Below, in pieces: positions 1-10,774 of a stretch of 64,000 bases of DNA. The notes beneath the pieces are model-generated. The model worked only from the letters and a program-made list of their open reading frames with translations, ran no database searches and had not been told where the DNA came from. A program made the translations under genes and the position numbers. This stretch comes from Sarea resinae (Eukaryota), in assembly GCA_026026165.1 (NCBI GenBank), contig JAPEUD010000013.1:124001-188000 (forward strand). The letters run 5' to 3'. Position 1 is the stretch's first letter; the number at the start of each line of letters is the position of its first letter.

Positions 1-290
1 GCCGTGAAATAGCTTTGGGGGAAGAACGACGAGAAGGGACGAGATGAGACGGGACGGGGCGAGACGAGACGAGACGAACGGAAGGGGAGAGCAGGGGAGG
101 GGCAAGAAATGGAACTGGATTGAATGGAATGGGTATATAAATGGACTGTGGAATGAGAAAAATCGGGCTCCAGAAATAAAAGGGGGAGGGATGGAGGAGA
201 GAAAAGTAGGGAGAAGGAGAAGGAGAGAGAGAGAGACAGAGAAGGAGAGAGGGAGAGAGAGAGGGAGAGGGGAAGGAGAAGAAAAAGGCC
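1..290. repeat. Purine-rich (GA/GGA) low-complexity tract
   Basis: Long runs of G and A such as gagagagagagacagagaaggagagagggagagagagaggg; the overlapping 44..397 ORF is a low-complexity artefact. Confidence 0.8.
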
Positions 291-768
291 ATCCGATTAA
301 TCTGCGACTCGAGTCGAAGACAGAAATGTGGATGTGGATGCGAGGCATTGCCGATATTTTGGTTGCCTTATTATTGAGTAGGTTGATGGATCGATGAAAT
401 TGATTGGACGGAGTGAGCGATAGGGTCGGATATGAGGATATGTCTATTGAAATCAAGAAGGCTACAGCCGGGGTTTGCTTCGATTCGACCAGGGATACAG
501 GGACCGCGGAGATCAATTTCGGCGACATCTCGAGACACAATCGCGTCCAAAGCGAAGCAAGGAGATGGATGAGGTAGAGGTCAAGTGGGTTCTGCTGGTG
601 ACAAATAGGTCTAGTCGTCGATTTGGGGGACTCCTATAGGATAATTCTGGTCGTTCCCTTAGCAGGGTCGTGGGAGGATCATCCATCTAACGACATACCC
701 TAGACCGTCACCATGACTCCGATTGCTCCGTTCACGGAAAACATTTCTCTGACACAAGTGTAATCTAT

Positions 769-2730
769 TTACGAGATCACAAAAGGCGGCTTGCCCTCGC
801 CGAATAATAGATGTGGTTTCCTCGCCGCCAGGTCCAGGATCGTTTGCGCAAAGACCGAATTGGCCCAGGCGAACCAGCTCCCTAACGTAATCGATCAGTA
901 AATCCGAACACTCGAGGAGGTTCCATCAGTCCTTACTCGTATATTCCCCTAGTCGATTGACGTTGATACTCTCATGCACCAGGCCCAGCTTACTCACATC
1001 CCTAACCATGTGCAACGATTCCACTATCTCCGCATCGTTCTCACTAGTCATGGCCTGCACCAACAGGCTCATTGGCCACGCATTCTGCAATCCGATGTGC
1101 GGACCACCGACTCCCTTGAACGTCTTTCCAGCGAGATAATAAGGATTCCCTTGCTGCTCCAGAATCATCTTGCGTGTATTCTTGTAAACGCTATTGGAAG
1201 AGTCGACGAAGCCGAGAAGAGGGAGAGCGAGGAGCGAAGGCAGATTGGCGTCATCCATGATGATGGCAGAACCATAGCCGTCGACTTCGTACGCGAAGAC
1301 TTCTCCGTATTTCTTATGCGTCACCACACCGTGCTCCCACACGCCCTTCTCCATGCTTTGACCCCGGTCACGCAGCGTCTTTGCCAGCGCGGCTTTCCCG
1401 GCCTTCTCGAGGATTTCGGCCGTGCGCTTCAGCTCAACGGACATCATGGCGTTGGCAGGGATGTAAAAGCCGAGGATCGTCGCGTCGTCACTGGGACGGA
1501 AGGCACTCCTTACAAGTCCGGTCCTGTCGTGCAAGGGATTCCCGACCCCGGCAAGGTTGAGCGTCTCCGTGCCAATGTCTGTCCTCCTCTTGAAGGTATA
1601 CTCGTTCCTCTGAAACTTGCCCGTTGTTGCATTAAAGGTCGGTTCGGCCTGCTTGTCGAGAACCTCCAATATCGTCCTGAGAGCTTCGTACCACCGGGAG
1701 TTCAGAAATTCCGTAGAACCGGTGCTTTTATGGAATTGGTTGGTCAAGGAAAGGAAGTGAGCGAGAGAGTCAAGCTCGTATTTGCATTCAAAGACAAACG
1801 AAGGTTCATAGGCAGGATGAACAGTGTCCTCCTGGCCGTTGCCCGTGGGTGGTAGACGGCTTGGAGGAGGCGGCTGAAAGGCATTGCAGTACGGTGATTC
1901 AATAACGAATTCCGCCTGCGTATTTATTGCCCCTAGTATCAAACTGTATATCTTCTTGTCCTTCTTCGCGAGCACTTGGTACTGAGCCAGCTGGTTCGTC
2001 GAGTCTCTCAGCCACTCGGCATTAATGTCGCCTGTGACAATGAAGCTCTGAGGCGCTTTCCATTTCTTTCCATTATCCTGTCTATAGGACTTTTTCTCGG
2101 TGCCATCAATGTGCCATTTAACGGTCGTATCCAACGTATTTGGGAATGCGTTTTCGAAGATGCGAGCAAGGTCCTTATCTACCAGTCGTTGGCTGAGGTC
2201 TTCGATGACCTTCTCAACAAGATCCGAAACAAAGGTTCGGCATGCTAAAGCTGGCCGCTGATAAGGAAGCCCTAAGGGCCCATCACTGAAAGGTTGACTA
2301 CGTGACAGCCATTGCGTCAGAATCTACCACCCTTGGAGCGAATGTCTGCAGCATTTACTTACTGCGGAAAGCCAGCATAATGCTTGTATTCTGGACAGGC
2401 TTCACGATACTTCTGAGGATCGGTGAGGATATCTTGGCCCTTAGGCACCTCTCGAGCCGCGCCGTTGGACACTCCAGATACCTCCTGAGCAGAATTCAGA
2501 AACAGCCCAATGCAAAGCAGCAGCGAAGCCGTTCCTAAAAGTACCATCGCTATGAGCGCCCAGGGAGATCGAGATGATAGTAATGGCGATGCGGTCTGAC
2601 GTCTGTCCTGCCCGCTCGACTTGGGACCGTCCTTCTCGATTTCGAGGAATGTAGATGGATTCGATTGTTGCGGAGCGTTATTGGAAGTAGGATCAAGGTC
2701 TGGCTTCAATTTCGACGGGCGGTAATGCAT
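769..2730 (-). CDS. Glycoside hydrolase family 125 (DUF1237) exo-alpha-1,6-mannosidase-like protein, multi-exon
   Basis: ORF 926..2134 has the GH125 motifs TGDINAEWLRDS, FECKYELDSL, SAFRPSDD, MDDANLPSLL and GVGGPH. The last exon reads WFAWANSVFAQ...VIS* (stop 769-771). The N-terminal exon (ATG 2730) has a hydrophobic anchor. GT-AG introns lie near 2300-2360 and 885-932. Confidence 0.88.
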
Positions 2731-2908
2731 TCGCAACGGATCGAGGAACGACGTTTGAGGTAACCAGAGACAAAGACATCAAGACACTAAGAGGTTGGTG
2801 TTGACAGCTATAGATGGTCAAGGAACTGGAATGAAGAGCGGCAATCTACCACCAAACACCATCCATGGATACTTGATAGTGGTGTAGCTCCCTCGCATCA
2901 CCGCCGAT

Positions 2909-2917
2909 AAACACTAT
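2909..2917 (+). repeat. Left target-site duplication AAACACTAT
   Basis: An identical 9-mer at 10897-10905 lies immediately outside the other terminal inverted repeat. Confidence 0.9.
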
Positions 2918-3025
2918 TTGCCTCAGTATACTCAGACCTCGCTTGGCGGGTGGTCCGCTGCGCACGGACCACTATTGCCTAAATAGGCAATCCACCAGCA
3001 TGAGGTCTGAGGCAACTTCTCTGAC
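2918..3025 (+). repeat. Left terminal inverted repeat (imperfect, about 110 bp, internally palindromic)
   Basis: Blocks TTGCCTCAG..CTCAGACCTC, TGCCTAAATAGGCAATCCAC and AGGTCTGAGGCAACT match the reverse complement of 10775-10896. Confidence 0.85.
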
Positions 3026-3164
3026 GTACTATGGCTGAAGCGGGCCGTTTGTATGGAGTCAACGATCATCGACTTCAAGGCATAAGATATCCGCAACTAT
3101 AACGCTGACAACACTGAAAGTTGCATCAATCGAAAGCCACACTTCTACTGCATAATCGATTACA

Positions 3165-5873
3165 ATGTCCGCGTCCGCAAAGAAACCGTCTGGTCAGAGG
3201 AAGCGTCGCAGGACAACGACTATATCCGCACCGACCGCACCGATCACACCGCAGACGTTCGCAACTGCAACGCCTACCTCGACTGATAGTCAATCTGAGC
3301 AACCGATATCAGCATCTGATAGACTATCTGCGAAGGAAAAGGTTAATATTATCCTGACAAAGCTGCGGGAGTGGCGGTTATCGCCTATCAAGTTTATAGA
3401 GATCTGGCTTGCTTATCTAGAAGAAGATCGAGGTTATATACAGTCGATGCATCGAAAAGCCCTTCTTGACTTAGTCCTTCAGTTCGACGACATTGTCTAT
3501 CTCTTGCAAACTGCGGATAGAGGTCTAGTCGCGGTCATCGACAGCAGTGTCGCTCTCATCCGCAGCGATCTAGACCAGCTACAAAGCCACTGTCCGCTGC
3601 TTAGCCGATATAACAAAGAGACAGACTTTAAGACACTCGACTTAGCTAGCTCCGCGGACCAAATCAAGAACATCGCGCCTAGGTTGTCACGTCTTATCAG
3701 CGGAGCTGCTGAATCGCAGTATGTTGCGAAACATCAGCGGACAACGTACTCAGCGGACAATGGACGAATGGTTATGACCGCATCTATGCTTGGTCTCAGA
3801 TATGCGCAAAAGACAATGAATTGCTTCGCCCGCATGCTAGGACTATATTTAAAAGACTCTGGACTGACCCGGAGAGGATTAAGCACGCTTCATAGCTTAG
3901 GCTTAGTGGATGGATATCGCACATTAGATGCGCAGAAACAGCGGATATCAGAACAGAGCAGAGAACGTGGTCCTTGAACGCTGTTATTTTCGAAGGCTGA
4001 CCAACCAAAGATAGCTATCCGCTCCGCCGCGCGGACGTGGGACTACGCGGTTGTATACGATAATTTCGAGTGGCACGCAAAAACACGGCATCAATCAGTC
4101 GGTCATACAGGAACTCTATATTCATACACGACCGGAAAACTATTACGCGGACGATGCCTACCAGACGGCGGACTTACACAAGATATGTTTCATCCTGGCG
4201 TTCGGGTGGACGTGATAGATCTTCTAGCTGCGGACGGAAATCGGATAGACGACACACAGGCGCGGATATCGACATATTTCATAGCTAGTGCTATCCGCGC
4301 GGCATATCCAGATGTTATCGATGATATCTTCGCTGCAGATACCCTTATGTTTCTGCAAATGCCAACCCTTGACGTCATTCCGCACAGGCGGACTAAGCAG
4401 ATTACCCTCAGACTAATCACTGAGTCAGAGGGTTCTACTGCGGGCACGTATAACGTGTTAGACAACATATTCGCCAGTCAGCTAGGGAAGGACACGGTTG
4501 ACTTCGAAAAGCAGCTGATATTAGTATTTGGTGATCAGAAAACAGCAAGCCTGATCCGCTCATGTCAGCTTGAGCGATCAGAGGCAGCGGATAGATACGA
4601 CCGCCTAGACTGGATATTATCTGTACCCGGCCTCTTCCACGTGCAGATGAACCTTCTGGCATTGATTGTTAGATCACACTATAGAGGACAGAGTAGTCTC
4701 CAGCAATATTCGACGCTATATTCGCACATCAATTTTCTTGGCCGTCGGAGTATACCTGCGGATAAAGCGCCCTTCCACTATCAGCAAGAGCTTGTTTAAC
4801 ATAGCTTTCAGGCAAGGATTGTTGCGTTATTCTTGTCGAAACTCCTAGGTGCATAGAAAAGACGGCATTCAGGTCGACTAGACATATTCCTCTGCACATT
4901 GACTCCTGCAGAATTCCTTGCTTATGTAGAGGATATCCGCAAAACCGCCTTCTCCGCTACTAGTTATCAAGAGCTAGCGCAATATGAGGCGGATATTCGT
5001 TGCGCGGATAACGCTACAGGGGATTCAAAGCATAAACAAACGCATAAACAGCAGCATCTGCCTCATGATACAGAGTATTTCAACCATATCCGCTTTATGC
5101 ACCACGTCGAGACGTACCTGACATTAAGGCATGCCATCAAATCTGCGGACATTGGATTGCTCCGCCGTGCGATTGCCTGCAGTTGTCTTTACTTCAGCGG
5201 AAGCAGGTCGTACAACTATTCGCGGGAGATGATTCGTTTATAGCAGCTGATATCTACACCGACGTGTGATCGTTGTCTGCAGCAGGCGATACTTGCAAAC
5301 AGTCTGGTCAGCAACTATAATAAACCAGGGACCTTCTTCGAAGTTGATCAGATGAATGAACTTCTTAATCTACAGCTAAAGACTATTCTACAGACTAAGG
5401 GTAATTCAACTCTCGATGTGACGGCTTTGTTCAAGTGGTCGGTGTTGATGACTAGTTATCTTGCTCCGCTGCGGTCTCAATTTGAATTTACGTTCGGAGA
5501 ACGTATTAATACGTCTCACACCGACAGATCCGCTACGGCGGATATCAGGAGTCTTGCGGATATAATTGCTTAAGACTCTATTATCTGTCGCGAGGACAAG
5601 AGATCTGCTCACGCAGCACTAGGATTGTTGCAATTAGGTGTTATGCGGCTAGCTGAAAAGGGACTGCCTACGTTGAGTAGCGGATATGTAGATCCAGATG
5701 AGGCGGATAATAACGATATAGACCAACAAGTTACAGAGGCGTTAGTAGGTCTTGATGTGAGTGTATATCCGCAGCTTTATAGTCATGACTCTGATGCAGA
5801 AGACCCTAGGCATTCGATGCTTAACCTGTTTAGCGGACATCCTAATACAATGCCTATTATATCGCTCCTGTAG
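3165..5873 (+). pseudogene. DUF6589 / Academ-type transposase with in-frame stops
   Basis: ORFs 3165, 4185, 4899, 5352 and 5625 are all in one frame. Motifs VVYDNFEW..RHQ, FGDQKT, PGLFHVQMN, ADIG, FSGSRSYNYSRE and FFEVDQMNELLN resemble DUF6589 proteins. Stops at about 3975 (possibly inside a short intron ending 4014), 4797, 4854, 5241 and 5571. Confidence 0.82.
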
Positions 5874-5987
5874 GCGGATATCGTGTCAGATCATCAGAGT
5901 ATTAACATCGAAATTTCATTCAACTAAACGAACGACCGCGAACGCAACCAACGATATCTATCGTATCTATAAACACCCTCATCACGA

Positions 5988-7818
5988 TTACCCTTGACTA
6001 TGTGACTGCTGCTGTTACTCTATCTAGCTAAACTACCTTCGGCGGATGTAATTCAGAATTTCCAAGACATCTGCAGATAGCCTCATGACGTCCGCTCTCA
6101 ACAAGGTCACCTCTGATCGCAACTCCGCTATATCTTCTGCTGTACTGGCGTTATTCGCGTTTCCTGCTTCGGCAGGGGCGGACGGCAGGGCATTACGCGG
6201 GGCATTACGCGGCTGGAGGAGGCTGCGGACGCGTTCGTTGACAGTGGCGGCTGACTCACAGGGAGGGCTGGCGGACGACGCAGCGCGCCAGGTATAGAGT
6301 CTTTCACGAACGAGGGCAGCGGGCGATGATGTGGCAGCGGGTGTAGAGCTGATGATAGCCTCTTCTGCTTCGATGTCCTCAAGCCTAGTCGGATCCCTTG
6401 TCTTCTGTGACTGTATAACGTGTCAGCTCCCACCAGATATGCATATCCGCGTCGAACATACCTTGCTAGGGCGCGGATGACTCTCTTCAGCGGGTGTGTC
6501 AGCCCTACGCTTCCGCGATTTCTTGTTGGAACTGTCTTTGATCCTACTAGAGGCACAGACTGTATTCTGTAGTGTCTGAGGCCCCTACAACCGCGTCAGC
6601 TATCTGGATCATCCGCCTAGCAGATATACAAACCTAATCACCTGCGGACAGATCGATATTGAATTTGCACGGCTTGCCAGCTTGTCGGCAACCAGCGCAG
6701 CTGTCTCTGGGTTTTACCATGGCCTTCTTAGGCTCATTTTTGTAAACCTTACAACTCAATCCTCTCTCAAGGCAGCGTTCACACTTCGTCCGCAGTTCAA
6801 CTCCCCAGTATAGATCGTTCATAATCAGATCTGCATAGGCGTAGGCCTTCTAACGAGTTCCTCTGAGGCTGTCCCATACTGACTGGTCACACGCTAGCCA
6901 ATCCAGAGTCGTGGGCTTGTGGATATACCATTGCTTGTTGAAGAATCGAGACTGTGCACGATTACAAGGCGCGGATAGATCCGCGGACGAACCTGCTTGT
7001 TCAGGTGATGCGTCTGACGTCTGGTCCGATCCATTTTAGGAGCCTTCTGGCCCGGATGGCAGCTTCCGTGATTTCTTACCTCTCTGCGTATTCGTAGTAG
7101 TCTCTTCGGCCGGTGTCTCTTCAGCCAGTGTCTCTTTAGCCGGTGTCTCCTCCGCTGGTGTCTCCTCCGCCGGTGTCTCATCCGCCGGTATCTCTGCCGA
7201 TGTCTCATCCGCCGGTGTCTGTTCAGCTGATGTCTCATCCGCCAGAGGATTCGTTCCTACTCCCCGCATAAGGAATTGCTGGAATTGCGGAGGTCAGAGC
7301 AGTTCAGGCGTGTCTCCACGACGCAGGTCTTGTGTCATCACTCTAACACGCGAACGATGACCGTTGTCACCTGACGGAAATGCGAATGGATCCTCGCTGT
7401 AATATGTCAGTTATTGCAGCTGATATACATATGCATATAACGGCGAGGGACAGCATTCAGCTGACAGTCAAATCACTTACATAGCGGACGCGGACTGGCT
7501 TATACCCTCACTTTATAGAGGTTAGTAACAGCAGCTGATATAGTTATGCGTTCAACGCGAAAGATGACAGTCAGCTGACAGTAAGATCACTTACCTAGCG
7601 TTGATAGCGGCGGATGCGGATTGAACCAGTTCCTCTCTATATAGAGGTCAGCAACTACAGCTGACATGTGCTGCTGCAAGACTAATCTCGAGTCAAAGGA
7701 CTCGAGGTTAGTTGGAAGTTATCACTCACATAGGCCTCAAGGTGCCTTCTTGACTACTAGCGACAGCTTTGACATACTCAGCTAGCTCATCTCCGCTATC
7801 ATCTGATCCACTAGCCAT
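5988..7818 (-). pseudogene. Transposon-borne Zn(II)2Cys6-like DNA-binding protein (acidic repeat, basic NLS-like patch, C-terminal coiled coil), 6 exons, stop-disrupted
   Basis: Hand-built model: ATG 7818; exons 7818-7730, 7636-7595, 7510-7481, 7396-6634, about 6584-6462 and about 6410-5988. The introns are GT-AG with CTRAC branch sites and keep the frame. Contains CERC-x6-C-x17-CAGC-x6-C, KKSRKRR and EDIAELRSEVTLLRADVMRLSADVLEILNYIRRR. The true stop is uncertain (6033 or 5988). Confidence 0.7.
7098..7245 (-). repeat. 15-bp coding minisatellite encoding (ETPAE/ETSAE)n
   Basis: Repeats of ccggtgtctcctccg and variants; translation ADETSAEQTPADETSAEIPADETPAEETPAEETPAKETLAEETPAEET. Confidence 0.85.
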
Positions 7819-8004
7819 GACTAGTATTAGAAGTGATAAGAGCAATGAAGTTACGATAGAGATAGTTGACGTTGATCAGTTCAACTAGGTAAAGACGATG
7901 ATATAATCACGAGAAGTTGAGTTAGAAGTTGAAGGTGGGTGCTGAGGTTAGTTGCTGAATATAAGCAGACTAATTAGACGAGGTGCTCTTTGTTCGAATC
8001 GCAT

Positions 8005-10440
8005 TCACCTATCAATAGCGCGGAAATGTGGTTTCTTTGTTGCACGAATTGGCTGCGGGTGAATGTTTATATCTGCATCCGCTAAGGGCTGACGTCTCTT
8101 ATGTGACCTGTCTACTGTGGCGGACGACGTGTTACCTTGTGAGTTATAACGCGAACGACTGATTGCTGGCGAATCAGACAGCTGACTTGATATATCAGAC
8201 GTTGCTAGAAGAGACGAGTCAGCTATAGCTGATATCGAGGTATAAGTTTCAGTCGTCGAATCATCCGCACAGATACAGGCTGCTAACGCGCCTAGTTCAG
8301 ACTTGTCTAGAGGCCTACCATCCTATTCCGCACATCTGATCAACGATTCTGCATCATGAATACTAGTCTTCTGCACATATATCCGCTCTATGACGTCCTC
8401 TGATATCACACATCCTAGCACTAGGACCCAAGTCATATCCTTGTACTTCGTCCGCATCCACTCTGACATCTAGCGGTTGATCCGAGCGGCGAGATACTTA
8501 TTTGTAGAAGGCCTTTTATTATAGGACCTGAATATCGCGAGATTTGGCTTATCTAGCACCCTTAATGCTGGGTCGCAGTTCGAACAGCAACGTCTGCGCG
8601 GGACTAGTTCCTTAGTGTCATCGTCCGCTAAATCCTCGTTGAATGCCCGCATAAAGATCTGGCGTAGGCAGTCTTTGTCTTCGTTCGCAAAATCATACAG
8701 CGGACGAGGAAGATCCGCTCGCCGCTCATACGCACTTTGGCGCTTCATTTTTGCGGAAGAACCTTGCACTTCAGCAGGCACAATGAAATGCGAGCCCCTA
8801 GGACTCAGCTCTCGCATCGTCTGCCGTTCGATGTCCGCATTGACCGCGTCAGCATCCGCTAATACAGCGGAAGATGCGATAGAATCAGTACTCATTCTAT
8901 CAGAGTCATCGCTGTCTAAGCAGGTCTGATCTTGACTTAGTAGGCTTGGCTGAGATAATGCTGGTGACGTCCGCGCAGTAGATCTCTGCACTCGTGACTG
9001 CTGACTGCCAACCTCCGCACCTTTTCTTGTTCTTGTCCGCACCCTAGGCCCTCTGCACCACTCATCAACGAGAAAGATTGCTTCTCCTTTCCGATCAACG
9101 CCTCGCGCTGCTCGGCCAAAACGCTGCCACACTAAGCTTAGGAGGCGATCACAGAAGATGCTATAATGAACCACCCGTTCAATATCCGCTATGTCTGCGC
9201 CCTGGGCAACCGCATCAGAGCAGAAGAGGATCCTTATCCTTGAGTGCGGTTTTGAATATTCGTCCTACATCCGCTCTTTGTCTTTCTCTGCAAGGGTAGA
9301 GTGATACACATCAACTGTGTGCATTGCTAACTGCGCTGAATATCCGCAGTTCTGCAGCCATCCACGGACTTTATCGCGAGCCTCCCTCAGCCGCCGCTTA
9401 CTGCTCATGAAGATCGCTGTCTTCTTGATCCGCTGCAGAGTAGGCCTCTTGGATTCCAGGCCTAGTGCGGCCGACGCCATGGCCTCTAACACACCCGCTG
9501 CAGACGGAGCCTCTGACCCGACCGCTGCTGATAGAGCTATATCCGCACCGTCGTGGGTTGAGCCATCGATAACGAAATATAGACAGTCGAATGACGTCTT
9601 CTCGCCGCGAGACATAGGTTTGCAGATGATAGCTAACTCGGGTCGATCGATTGATGTGCGGATCATTCTGACGTCTCAGTCAAAGCCAGCAAGCCGACAT
9701 ACCTCTGCAAAGGTGTCATCATCTAGCGTTGCGGTGCAAGCAAACCAGGGCTTGTTTCCTAGTAATCCGCGCAATATGTTCAGACTAGCATAACACTTGC
9801 GGAAGGAGGACCAGTCTGAGACTAGATGAACTTCATCTAATACCACAAGGGCTATCCGCTCTCGCAATTGTATGTCTTTCTATATCCGCTCTAGTTTCAG
9901 GCTAACCGCGAGTTCCGGCGATATTAGGATGTGTGTATAATTGCTATTGCGGATATCCTCAAGCAACTAGCGGTCATTGTTATTACCTGTTATGTGAACA
10001 GGCTTCATACCTGTGAGTTCCTTTATCTGCGCAGTCTGCTCGTCGCCAATCTTGTTTAGCGGAAGAATAACAAGAACAATAGCCCTGCAGACAAGGCATA
10101 GAATTGACTGCATAATCATACTCTTACCAAACGAGGTTTTCGCAATCAGGAAGAGATCCTTCTTCTCATATATCAGCCAACGGAGTGCATCTAGCTGCCC
10201 TAGTCTCCCACTATATAGATATATCGCGCGGATAAGCGTGTCGATCGCTATAAGCTGTTCTCCTTCGTCCGCATTACACAGCGCTTAGAGTCTGTTCTGT
10301 AGGTCCTATATCTGCCGCTCGTCATCCGTCTCAAGGTTACTGTATGCTATTGCCTCTGCTTGCAACAAGGCTTGCTCTGCGGATGTTTTTAGGTCCTGGC
10401 AGATATATTTGCCGCGGTTGCTAGGTCTCCTTCTAGGCAT
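8005..10440 (-). pseudogene. RecQ-like superfamily 2 DNA helicase of the transposon, with in-frame stops
   Basis: One frame from ATG 10440 to TGA 8005 links ORFs 9676..9867, 9265..9666 and 8470..9174. Walker A AKTSFGKS, SPE, DEVH followed by WSSFRKCY (RecQ aromatic loop-like), TAT, YHS, QRFGRAAR (motif VI) and the Zn module CLR...CCSNC. Confidence 0.88.
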
Positions 10441-10774
10441 CGAACGAGGCGATTATAGGGTATAAGACTCTATACAACCGCGCTATATCGCGTCTCATAC
10501 CCCACCCCTACACACTCAAGCTGTTATAGCAGATATGGTGCAGGTGTTGTTCTAATATTCCTACTCCTGCTCGTTAGTAACAACGCTTTTTTCACTTTGA
10601 GGCATAAGATCTCAGGAACAACTGCACCTTAGACATTGTAAATAACAGTAATAGATAGCCTTGCATATTCTCCAGAGATGATTAGATTATGAGCCTAGCT
10701 GCGGATGTGGTTGCAGATATATGCTGATAAACACGTTCGCTATGCGGAGGATAAATCCGCTTGTCCCACCAAAA

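Noticed and set aside
7098..7245. CRISPR-like array
   Set aside because: Contiguous 15-bp coding units with no unique spacers, in a eukaryotic context.
8005..10440. Host SGS1/RecQ gene or telomere-linked helicase
   Set aside because: It lies inside TIRs and a TSD with a transposase, is intronless and stop-disrupted, and no telomeric repeats are nearby.
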